Positions 52,590 through 64,000 of a stretch of 64,000 bases of DNA are shown one piece after another. Origin of the DNA: Paecilomyces variotii. Its lineage: Eukaryota. A program made the translations under genes and the position numbers. The notes under the pieces were generated by a model. It saw nothing but the letters and a program-made list of their open reading frames with translations. It was not told the origin of the DNA and ran no database searches. The stretch lies in the NCBI GenBank assembly GCA_004022145.1, contig RCNU01000005.1; one strand, given 5' to 3'. Each line of letters begins with the position of its first letter. Within the stretch, counting starts at the first letter, position 1.

Positions 52590-53050
52590 GGGCGTTATCA
52601 AGGATGATATGGTTGATCAACGTTTCTGGGGATTGATAATTATCTATTGAAGAACAGTCATATCGCGGGTCATAGTTATTATTATCTCTGGCTGGTTCAA
52701 CCGTGCTTATCGTCCTCCGCCACCCGACCTTTTATTGCGGTTATGATTCGCTTACAAGGACCGTTTCGGCCAGCGTCGGCACAGTCTGCTAGTCAAAGCT
52801 TGGGGTGTCTAGCCTATCAGAATAACATGCGACAAGATATCCAGTGGTCACAGATAAGCCGGACAATCTTGGCGGCGTCTGGATCTTGCTCGGGCCCTGG
52901 ATCAAACCTTTCTGGGAGGAAATCCGGAGCTTGACATGCCACGCGACAGTAGGACTAAGTACACGATCCCCTGTTTGAACATAGGGCTACCACCGATTCT
53001 ATCTAGGTGGGCCCCCGCGATGCACGGTGGGAGAGGAATTTTTTATCGCG
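52590..53050. promoter_or_regulatory. Cluster of GATA sites (AreA-type) upstream of the permease
   Basis: Several GATAA/TTATC motifs, e.g. ~52595, 52635-52645, 52682, 52707, 52853 and 53043. Confidence 0.35.
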
Positions 53051-53222
53051 ACACGAGGCACGTATTAAAAAGGCTCTCGTCCCTGCCCACGCGATCATGA
53101 CGAGCTCTTCGTCCTGGTTTGCCCCGCGCCGCTGGTCAGCATCGCTGCGTTGACAGCCTGCCCTCTGTCTTTTTAAGCTCTGTCACAATCCCTCCCCATA
53201 GCGGTCGTCCAACGGGCCAACG

Positions 53223-54947
53223 ATGTTTTGGAAATCCCCAGAGGTCGCCGCGACGAGCTCCGGCTTCGAGCAGGACCTCGAAAAAAGTCCTGGGGTGGGA
53301 AATTCCCCCGTCGACGACAATCACAGCAATGGAGCTGTGCCGGGGGAGACTTTTGTATACGGCAATTCGCTCTATGCAAAGGTCCAGCGCTGGGCGGGAA
53401 AGCTCAATATCGAGCAGAGAGGCATTGAGCGCGTTCCAGAGAACGAGAGGACGGATACCTCCTATGTGAATATTGGCAGCATGGTGTGTCTCTAAATTTC
53501 ATTTGCGTTCTATCTATGCAACTAGCATTCCTCATGAAGCGCGCGGCGCTGACGACCACCTGAATAGTGGCTGGCAGCAAATATGGTGGTCAGTTCATTC
53601 GCCATTGGAGTGCTAGGCAAATCGCTTTTCTACCTCGGTTTCGTCGATGCGTGTCTGGTGATTCTGTTCTTCAACTTGCTGGGCATCATGACGGTCTGCT
53701 TCTTTTCGTCCTTCGGGCCCGCCTTCGGATTGCGACAGATGGTGCTGTCACGCTTCTGGTACGGCTGGTGGGGAGTTAAATTGAGTGAGTGTTACAATGA
53801 AACATTTAAGTGCAAGACAAATTGCTTATATTGGTTTTCAGTCGCCATCTTTAATATCCTCGCCTGTATCGGCTGGTCTTCAGTCAACACTATTGTTGGC
53901 GCCCAACTCATCCACACGGTCAACAATGATGTTCCCGGCTTCGCTGGTATCATCATCATCGCTGTCTGCACATTCGTCATTACCCTGTTCGGATATAAAG
54001 TCGTGCACGCCTATGAGTACTGGAGCTGGATTCCCACCTTTATCATTTTCTTGATCGTCCTCGGTGTGTTTGCGCACTCCGGCGCCTTTGTGAATATTCC
54101 ATGGGAGGTTGGTACGTCCGAGTTGGGTGGAGTCCTTTCCTTTGGCTCCACCGTTTATGGTTTCGCGACGGGCTGGACCAGCTATGCAGCGGACTACACT
54201 GTCTACCAGCCATCCAACCGCAGCCGTACCAAGGTCTTCTTTGCGACATGGATTGGACTTATTATCCCGCTGCTATTTACTGAGATGCTCGGTGCAGCAC
54301 TCATGACGGCAACTAGCCTCAACGATGGGAATAACATCTACCAGGAAGGCTATACAGCTTCAGGAACAGGTGGTCTGCTAGGCGCAGTGTTGTTCCCGCC
54401 TCTCGGCAGATTTGGAAAGTTCTGTGTGATCATTCTAGCCTTGTCGATCATTGCAAACAACTGTCCGAATATCTACTCTGTTGCCTTGACTCTTCAGGTG
54501 ATGGGTCGCTGGACTCAACGCGTTCCACGGTTCATTTGGACGCTCCTGGGAACATGTGTTTACATCGCCATCGCCATCCCCGGCTACTCCCAATTCGAGG
54601 CCGTCCTGGAGAACTTCATGAACTTCATCGGATACTGGCTTGCCATCTACGAAGGCATTGCCTTGACGGATCATTTCGTCTTCAAGCGTGGCTTCTCCGG
54701 CTACCGCCCTGAGATCTACGACCAACCCGACAAGCTCCCTCCTGGAATCGCCGCCGTCCTTGCCTTCGGCTGCGGCGTCGTGGGTATGGTCATGGGTATG
54801 AGCCAGCAGTGGTTCGTAGGCCCTATTGCCCAACACGCAGGCGCCCCACCGTATGGTGGTGACGTCGGTTTCGAATTGGGCTTCGCTTTTGCTGCAGTTG
54901 GTTACTTCTTTTTGAGGCATATTGAGCTGAGGATATTTAAGCGATAG
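53223..54947 (+). CDS. Purine-cytosine permease (NCS1, Fcy2/FcyB family)
   Basis: IEQRGIERV, WLAANM, GLRQMVLSR, WTSYAADY, NNCPNIYS; many TM segments; two introns. Confidence 0.93.
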
Positions 54948-56231
54948 GGAGGTTCTGGTTCATTGGGGAGTTGACTCTTGCATAATTCCATATTTTTGGA
55001 TCGCGCGGTTTTAAGTGGATATTGCATTATTTTCGGTGCATAGTATTGTAGTATATATATATATTTCTGAGTGTCTTCCTATATTTAATAATCTCTCTAT
55101 ATGTAAATGGCTTAACGAAAAAGGAAAAGCATATGTCCATGAATAATAATTGTGACACCCGAAAAGATTAATAATTCAATTGGCATCATGCTATTATTCA
55201 TCAAGGACACTTTTCTGAGAAAGAAAATCCATTCGTAGCGCCATGACGGATAATAGGGATCTAAGACCACAAAAGCAAGAAAAGAATGGAAGAAAAGCAC
55301 TCAATACGATAAGTAACAGGATCTCGATTGCTTGAAGAGCTAACTAGAGGATACCGAAATCGATCAACTATTTATGTATATCCTTGGACTTCGTCCTAAT
55401 TAAACACTGTCTGGAGCACTACTACCTCAGCCACTGTTTCTGTGTATTTCTTACTTCCGGCGTGTCTGCTTTGATTCTATATAGGTGGAAATAAGTGGCG
55501 TCATATTGTTTATTCTATACCCTTTATATAGATAGGGTAATAGTGGCGTTTTGCAGCTCGTCTCTAATAAAGCAGTTGGGTGCTGATAGAATGGAAGCAA
55601 TAGATATATCATCAATCGAGAGATATTCACTTATTCAGGGGCATTATTATTGACGTCGAGGATGATACAACGTAAGAGTGGTTCACAGTTCAGGATTGCA
55701 GAGCCAGAATGATACACTATATGATTGGCTTTATTCCAGAAGAGAAGCACAAATAAGAGAAATAATGAGATACTTATTGTATTTTGCATTTCGTACTAAG
55801 TACATGACCACCTCGTGCGTGTAGTGTTTTCGAGAAAGAAAATGAGCAATTTAACACTTCAAGGGCTGCTTCGTCGGGGAGAAATTGGAAACAAATTTGT
55901 GAGACAAGCATTGATGTGATTTTTTATCGTTATTTTTTTTTTTTTTTTTTGGTACGGGAATTGAACGAAGGCGAGGGGATGAAATGTGGAAGAATGGTAT
56001 GAAGATGAACTTTTATGTAGGCAATTCAGTGTTCAGACTTCAGAGGGGCATTTATGGCTCGAGTGCTGGTGGTAGAAATGAAGAGGAAACAATTCGGAAA
56101 GATAATCCGGAGTCACAAAAAGAAATCAATATTCGATTCCACCGTTGAAAACATGAAGAATGTGTCAAGCGGACCAGAATAGCAACGTCATATCCGGTCA
56201 GTTATGGAGCTGCCGCGTTCCATGATCACTA

Positions 56232-57612
56232 TCACTGCGCTTGAGAATACGGCTGGAGATCATCGTACTCCGTTTTCACCAGAAGACTTTCTTTCTTGGA
56301 AGGAGACTCTAAGCCGTCCATGTGGTCATCCTCGGATTCTTTCTTAACCCGTTGGAGCTGGCTCTGACGATTTAGATGGGCAGAGACAGTTTCACTGAGC
56401 TTCACAAGGATGGTTGCCTTCTCAATCTGTATCCATGTCCCATTGCCATTTCCTTGTCGAAAGAGGGCTGGAAAGATTACCAGGAGGCATTGACCTATTC
56501 TTTGGTTAGACGGCAAAACAGCCAGTTTTTCTTTTTTGACTTCGTTGTGCGTCTGGCTATCAACGATGACAAATTTCGTAACACTAGATTTTGAGAGTCT
56601 CTTGAGTTCTCGCAGCTCCTCATCACTATTGTCGTACCATTTCCAATGATATGATTCGGGTGTGTAGCTCATTTCTTCTGCGAGTTTTGCAGCGGGCAGT
56701 AATACTCGACGTCGGAGATCATCCATTACCCCTAGGGGATCGGATAGGTCTATGTCAATAAAGGAAAGCGTGCTCAGTATTTCACTGTTTAGCGTTCCTA
56801 TCTGCGCATGCAGCTCCCTATTATAGGCCTCTCTGATAACATGAGCGCGCATGGTATTGGACCTCCAGGCATTTATTGCTTCTTTATCTCCTACATGCTC
56901 TAAATTAGCAACCATAATGAAGAACATGACAACAGTATATAAACATCTTCTGACGGTTTAAAGTATGGGCCTCATTGTAACGTACCGTTTAGTTCCCCCA
57001 TGCTCGTCTCAAGGGAGATCATGAAGTTCTTCTGACTCTTCTCAGCAACAAGAGCCCATGGTTCGAAGAACATTCTCCAAACACGTTGACAAATAACCGC
57101 ACAGAAAACCTCAGAGCATGTTCTGCCGGAAGTTGTGCCATGTTGCTTTGGTATTCTTGGGTGAGTGTAGCAGCAGGCAAAAGCCACACCCAGTCTTCAA
57201 CAGACCCACGAAGCGTGCTATACTCTCCACGGAGCCTTGAGTCATCGAGTGATGAAGTGGGCAAAGTCTTAAGAAGCCTCTTCGTGGAGTCGCTGACTGC
57301 ATTTTCGAGCTTGCAGATCTGCACTTCTGCAGCCTTCAACTCTAGATCCTTTTGCCGAATCTCCGCGGCCATGGCTGTGACAAGCGAACACAGATCTTCA
57401 CTTGCGTTCCCCATGAGATTAGCCAATACATGGGCTCTACTGACAAGGCATTCCTCTGGTCTCTCAGTGTTCCTATGTCCGTCACTATCACCCTCAGCGC
57501 TGGTGTACGGCATGTTTTCGAAAAGCAAATGCTGCTATATCTGATTCTGGTCAGTCTGTGTCAGTTGTAGTGATCATATAAAGCACAGAGTTTCTGTCAA
57601 TTGAATTACCAT
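56232..57612 (-). CDS. Uncharacterised coiled-coil protein, apparently frameshifted near 57120
   Basis: Heptad region (EIRQKDLELKAAEVQICKLE), LRGSVEDW, INAWRSNT, VIFPALFR. The reading frame must switch near 57120 with no intron signal; start codon uncertain. Confidence 0.6.
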
Positions 57613-58014
57613 CCGAATAAGCTGTGTGGGATGTCAGGTAAAGAGATCATCTAAGGAAAGTACTGAAGAGGAATATTAAGCCACTGCTTGGCAGGTACGG
57701 ATCGTAAATGGCTCCAATGAAACAGCTCTAGACTTCGTTTTCAATGAGGTGAAGTGATAACAAGCCGCAAGGCGAGGAAATTGTCGGAGGGTGACGGATC
57801 TTTCTTTGTTTACAAGTTCTGGACGTGACATTCACTTTTCACTTCACTTCACTGTTAGTCCACCCCGAGAGATCAACACATGTTGATCCATGCCACAACT
57901 CCATAACTCGAAGAGTTCTTTAATCTTGCTGTCACCTCACCTGTGTCTCTGATTCTTCTGTTCCGATAGCTGAAAAATCCGTGACACCATCCTTGATATC
58001 CAACAGGATCAAAA

Positions 58015-59966
58015 ATGTGTGCCTCTCGAAACAGGCACGTTGTCATTGCCTTGGATTTTGGCACGACGTTCTCAGGTGCTGCCTGGGCTCTTACAGACAG
58101 TGTATGCATTTGAACATGAAACATGACGAAAGTCCTATCAATAGCTAATGATATATAGCCTCATGAACATTACCTCATCAACCAGTGGCCAAGCACGGCT
58201 TCAGGGTCTCTCAGCGGTCCCACGAGCGAAAAGGTGCCCACTGAAATCGCATTCGAATACAGTGAATCTGGACCAACCTGTCTTTGGGGCTTTCAAATCC
58301 CGGAAAGTATGCCACGCCACCAGTGGATAAAGCTGGCGCTTGATCCTGGTCAGAAAGGGTCAGTGTCCCTTTTGTCTTCCATCTGTGGTGATCGCAGAGA
58401 AGTCCCACCTCCCTATCACGCATCGCCTGAAGAGCTTGTCACCAGCTACCTCAGCTGCATGCACAAGCACATTATGCGAGTTCTCGAGTCAAAGGTTGGA
58501 GCAGCTTTCAGCACCATGACGTGGGAATACGTCGTTACTGTCCCTGCCGTGTGGAGTGATGCCGCAAAGGCTAGAACAAATGCATGTGCAGAAAAGGCCG
58601 GACTCGGAAAGATATCGAGTACTCGTATGATTTCTGAGCCTGAGGCCGCGGCGATACACGCTCTACGATCCTCTAATCCTCGGACCCTGAACGTTGGCGA
58701 CACAATCGTACTCTGTGACGCCGGAGGTGGAACAGTCGATTTGATAACGTTCTCGATTGTGGAATTGAAACCCAGACTCCGCCTCAAGGAGGAGGCTCCA
58801 GGCTCCGGTGAACTCTGCGGTGGTGCTTTTCTCAATCGTCGCTTCGAGGAGTTCCTAGAGAAGAAGTTGTCATCTGATCCTGGTTGGGGCAGAGACACTC
58901 TTGAGGAGGCGCTCCAACGCTTTGAAACGGTTGCCAAAAGGGTGTTCGATGGTAACATACACAATGAGTTCATGATACCGGTCCCCGGTATAGACAACAA
59001 TGACGATCTCGGCGTGCGCCGAGGTAAAATCAGATTGTCAGGAGAGGATATGAGAAGCATCTTCGAGCCCATTCTGAAGCAAGTATTGGAACTAGTTAAA
59101 GGTCAAATCGAGGCATCGAGGGGAAGTGTCAGTGCTGTCTTTCTGGTTGGAGGTCTAGGCCAGAACCCTTCCTTACAAAACTTCATCCAAGAAAGAATCG
59201 ACCCTAGAATCGAAGTCATACAAGTGACAAATGGTTGGACTGCGGTTGTTAGGGGCGCATTGGCCAAAGTCGCTTCTGAGGTTGCCCCTTCTCTGGAAGC
59301 AATCTCAGTGGACTCGAGAATTGCGAGGAAGCATTATGGGTTCATATGTATAAAGCCCTTTGACCCTGCCCGTCATGATCCCCACAAAAAGTAAGTACTG
59401 AATATTTATCCCGCATGCAGGGCGATGCTGATTCACCAAGGTATTTCTGTGATTATGAGGGGAAGTACGTAATCCAAGTGATGAAATGGCTCATTCGTAA
59501 GGTACTGTTGACTTATTCAATTTATACCTCTTGCAAATTTGCTTAAATTAACGGGACAGGGCGATCGGATCGAAGAGGGCAAACCACTCGAATCAGAGTG
59601 GTATCAATATCAGCTGACGAAATATGGCATATTCAACTCCATCTCCGTTACTCTCTATGAGCTGGATACTCCCAATGGTGAGGACGCTCCAATGTATTTC
59701 AACCGCAGTAAGTGAGAATCCTTTCTACATGATATGAAGAAATAATCTCACATATCTATCCACCAGAGATGAAAAAGCATGTACATTTGTGCCCCAGCCT
59801 TGGTGAAATTCCTCGATCACGAATCCCCATTCGCACTGGGAAAGACCGGAGATCCTACTACATCCTGAATTTCAAGATCCATGCTGCTTACTTTTCGGCA
59901 CACTGCGAGTACACTCTTTGGCACGAAGGGCAGAACTACGGGACTGTGAAAGCGACCTACGACTGA
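58015..59966 (+). CDS. Atypical Hsp70-family (HSPA12-like) actin-fold ATPase
   Basis: IALDFGTTFSG, TVPAVW, SEPEAAA, CDAGGGTVDL, LVGGLG, AVVRGA, ARKHYG; multi-exon. Confidence 0.9.
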
Positions 59967-60214
59967 ATCTCGTGCTTGATCCAGCAAGATCTGAGAGTCT
60001 CCCGAATCCTTTTCCCTAGGACGCTGCGATGTGACGTATGCGTCTTGCAGAAACAACCACAACAGTCACAAAATCTGGCCTTTTGATTTTTGCGACCTCG
60101 AATCTTCCTGGTCCTGCTCTGCGGATACATAATCCGGCTTATGGTTCGTTTGGCATTGGGAATAGGAAGGATAGGGGGACAAACCATCAAGGGCGAAAAG
60201 AAGAAGCAAGAAGA

Positions 60215-60250
<36 letters not shown>

Positions 60251-60722
60251 TACAGACTTGAATGACGTTCAGTGAAACTGGAAGACCCCCAGATGATACA
60301 TGTGTCGGGACATCGATGACATATGAATGCATGGCATACCTACCTAACTACCTTAGCAGCTAAGGAGTAGTGATACCAGCATATTGACCTTGATGTTTCA
60401 TCTAGAACCAGAAGGCATGTTGTATCTAATATTGCAACGACTACTCATTATGAAAAGTAACCTTGCTGAAAAGAAGACCACACGTCTTGTCGTACCTAAG
60501 TTAGTTAACTAGGTACCTAGTTAAGTTAGTTATTCTTCATCCATTAATCAGTGATGTAGACAGTAGTGTCGCTTCAGTCACGTGGTGTGGCTAAGTATCT
60601 CCCGCCACAGATCGCTCCACGCGCCACCGAACTTGGCCGCATCGAATAAATCCACAACGGATTTGCCTCCGTTCGGAAATCGAGAAATTCAGCAACTTCA
60701 ACACAGCTCCATATCATTCACA

Positions 60723-61782
60723 ATGTCCAAACTCGCAAAGTAAGTGAGATAATAACCGTTTGTATCGCGAATCTCTGCTGACGGAATTTCTTCATTTTAG
60801 CCGCGCAGCCGACTGGGCCGACGACGAGGAGTTCGATGACCCCTCGGCCCTCCCCGCACAGCAAGTCATTACGAACAAGGATGGAACGAAGACTGTTATC
60901 TCCTACCGCTTCAACGACGAGGGAAAGAAGGTGAAGGTCACCCGCAAGATCAAGACGACCATTGTGAAGGAACATGTGAACCCCAAGGTTGCGGAGCGCA
61001 GACAGTGGGCCAAGTTCGGCTTGGAAAAGGGCCATGCGCCAGGACCCTCTTTCGACACGACCTCCGTTGGAGAGAACATCATTTTCCGACCTAGCGTGAA
61101 CTGGAAGGCACAGGCAAAGGAGGCTGAGAAGGAGGGCGAGAAGGGTGGCATCAAGGACCAGCTCAAGGACAAGAAGGTCAAGTGTCGTATCTGTAGCGGA
61201 GAGCATTTCACTGCTCGCTGTCCCTACAAGGACACCATGGCACCTGTCGACGAACCGACTGCTGGATCTGGACTGGATCTGGACGACGACGAGAGACCAG
61301 CTGCTGGCGGCCTGGGCGCTGGTAACAGCAGCTACGTTCCACCTCATCTGCGGAAGGGCGGTTCTGGTGCTGGCGAGAGAATGGCTGGCAAGTTCGACAG
61401 GGACGATCTGGCGACTCTGAGAGTCACAAACGTGAGTTTTCATCCCATTTCGAGCAAGCTGTATCCGATAGCAATATTTGCTGACAACCGGTCAACAGGT
61501 GAGCGAACTTGCAGAGGAGCAAGAGCTGCGGGATTTGTTCGAGCGCTTCGGTCGCGTCACCAGAGTCTTCCTTGCAAGAGACAGAGAAACCCAGAGAGCC
61601 AAGGGCTTTGCCTTCATCAGTTTTGCAGACCGGACCGATGCTGCGCGCGCTTGCGAAAAGATGGATGGCTGTGAGTATCTCCCACGAATTCCTCGTACGA
61701 TAAATATACTAACTTCGATTTTTCTGCAGTCGGTTACCGTCATCTTATCCTGCGCGTCGAGTTTGCCAAGCGAGCTACTTAG
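60723..61782 (+). CDS. TIF35: Translation initiation factor eIF3 subunit g
   Basis: [30 protein letters not shown] zinc knuckle, YVPPHLR, and an RRM with KGFAFISF. Confidence 0.97.
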
Positions 61783-64000
61783 ATTTCCTACCTTTTATGA
61801 CGTCTTCTTCACAAAAAGCCTATCGGTTGGACTTGTCTTCATGGCTAGAGGCTTTTCTTTTTCTTTGTACTGTATGATCTGATCGATAATGATTTCTACC
61901 CTCGGATGCTACTCGGGGAGTCGCATTCTGCTTCCGTTTCAGTCACGATCAACTCGGGTCGCAGTATGAAAATGAACCTTTCCTTTTTCGCTCCGGTCTT
62001 AAAAGTGATTGCTGTGGAGGTTTTCCCTGGGGAGTATATGAGTGGCATCTGGATATGTAGACACTTTAAATGGTATGAAAAGTTGTCATGAAATCATCTC
62101 AGAGCTTATACCTACTACAGTATCTATGTAGTCGAACTATATAGTGTGACACGCTTCTTCACCGAATATAGCAAACCGGTTATGTGGTATTCCACTGAAC
62201 TCTTGCGTCTACAGATACTCTGTCTAGATAGGAAATATCTATGATCCGAGTCTTGAATTTAGTCGATATCGACACTACTATTTTGAGAGTTGCCGGTCTT
62301 CCCCGGGGATCTTTCATTCATGGTCCTGGGCTTTGGTCCTAAGTGGTAATTGCAGGTCCATACTACAAAGACAACGGAGCACATGTCCTCGTTTTACGAC
62401 ATAGATACCTGGATAGTTTGGAAGGTCCTATGGATAGCGACATGCTCACAGCAATGAGATAATCATCTGCTACAAACCGGAAATACCACTTTGTGTTGCT
62501 ACTAATGGACCATCATAGTCGACAGTAAGATATGACTAGTTCATTCTAATAATCTACCGACGTTTTCCATCCTCAAGATCGAAAAAGACATGTCATATTT
62601 CTCATGAACTATGGATGCTCGCAGGCCTAGGCCTCTATGTATGGGCAAGTCAGTAGGTGCATACATACACGTAGTAATCCGTACGACGACCTAGATATGG
62701 AAATAAGGCCGGGCCTAACGGGTCCCTTCGGATATGCAAGACTGGTAATAACTCTCTTCACATGCTAGGATTTGTCGTGTACTTGCTAGGTTTCTTTGAG
62801 GTCATGGTAGAGCCGCGTAGTAGTCGCAGAGTGTGAGGAAAGTAGTGACTGGTCTGATCGACGTCATATACTATGAGCTTTGAATTGGGAGAAGGACTGG
62901 TAAGATGCTATACCTGATGATCGACGTTGAGCTGCTGGCGGCAAAATGGAACAGCTTGCTATGCCTCAGGTCCTTAGATAGCTATTCTCGTGGGTGTGAC
63001 AGTATGGTCTGTGCAAAACGCCTCGAGAACCCGCCTGTCCATTTAGATGAGAAGACTGAATAGATTCAGAGGCAAAATAGGCACCAGATGACACGGACTT
63101 CCTTCCGTAGTTCATAGATAAGAGTTCCACCCTCGGATAAGGCTGCAGTGGCTGGTGGATCTCAACGTCCACGTAACCGAAGAACGAAGGAGCTTTGATA
63201 CGGGACTCTTTTTTGTCCTAATTATGGGAAAGGAAACCAATTCCAAAGGCATCAGGTGGTCATCGTATGTCACACGAGTCAGTAATTTGAAGACAGCCTT
63301 TCCGATTTGCCATAACTCAACGAATCATATCCAGTGTGTATCAACTCTTCAAGCCCTTGTTGACTTTGGTCCAGAGAAAGCTATAGACCTCGGTAGTTGG
63401 CACGTTCTGCCTCTTGATCGACAGCCTCCCACAGAAACAGTTGCACGAAGCTTCAGACTCGCATGATGGTTAGCAGGGGTCTTCATAGAAACACGTGGAG
63501 TGACAAACAAACCGTCAATGCGTGGTCAATGAATTTGGCAGCATGAAGTCATCCAAACAATCGGGAAACCGTTCAGGGGCGTTTTGAAGCGATTGGTCGT
63601 GGGGATTCTCGAGATAGCCTGCAACGTCGACTGCAGAATACGTCTGTCTGCATACCGGGGAAGAAGACAAGTCCCGAATGGAATGATAAGCTGTCAAGGG
63701 ACCTGCTTACGGGATTAGTCTATGGATCACTTTTCGAGAAAGACTGAACTAGCACCTTGTCATCTTCCCAAAATGAGAGGCAAGAAGGCCAAGTTACCCG
63801 TGAGATACCTTGGAAGAATCATGCTTTCAATCCCTACAGCCAGAGTAAGTTCTAGACTTGACATCTCAGATATAGCAGTAAATTGTATGTGGAATTGAAA
63901 GTGGTGAACCTCTTGGATAGTTTCAAATCAAAATAGGACGTTGAGCATGTTTCCCAACGCTTTAATTACCATATTGCAGTGAGTGACTCGAGTAATCATG

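Noticed and set aside
62900-64000. Fragmentary minus-strand coding-like sequence with splice-like signals
   Set aside because: Could not assemble a coherent gene or name a family; may be a pseudogene continuing past the window.
1-64000. CRISPR array, rRNA or canonical tRNA genes
   Set aside because: None seen. The tRNA-like stretch at ~10545-10636 lacks a proper acceptor stem and a 7-nt anticodon loop.

Overview
Intron-rich filamentous ascomycete DNA, probably Eurotiales (inferred from gene content and intron signals). Bases 1-~9050 are an extremely AT-rich island mutated by RIP (repeat-induced point mutation). It holds a Ty3/Gypsy relic on the minus strand (PR-RT-RH-INT motifs still readable), an unclassified relic on the plus strand, and a Fot1/Pogo-type MITE at its edge. 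A probable tRNA-derived SINE follows at ~10.3-10.6 kb. Next is an accessory-looking cluster: RING-H2, a divergent enolase, an inorganic pyrophosphatase and a SHB17/PGM-family phosphatase. The rest is gene-dense: GH16 Crh, Soa1/AstA-like MFS transporter, L-galactonate dehydratase, a Rieske-type oxygenase lacking its Rieske motif, a His5 paralogue, EBP, a TauD-like dioxygenase, an AhpD/CMD-like protein, TIM21, GLO3, nitronate monooxygenase, HPPK-DHPS, two orphan genes, an FCY2-type permease, a divergent Hsp70-like/coiled-coil pair and eIF3g. The most striking signal is at 48.7-49.9 kb. An orphan gene with a PD-(D/E)xK-like motif has its last exon duplicated as a ~220-bp inverted repeat with a 6-nt loop, and the copy appears to match the spliced mRNA junction, suggesting a self-silencing hairpin gene. 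Second is the eno-ppa-PGM cluster, which groups classic fluoride-inhibited enzymes. All calls are manual readings; no searches were run and intron boundaries are by eye.
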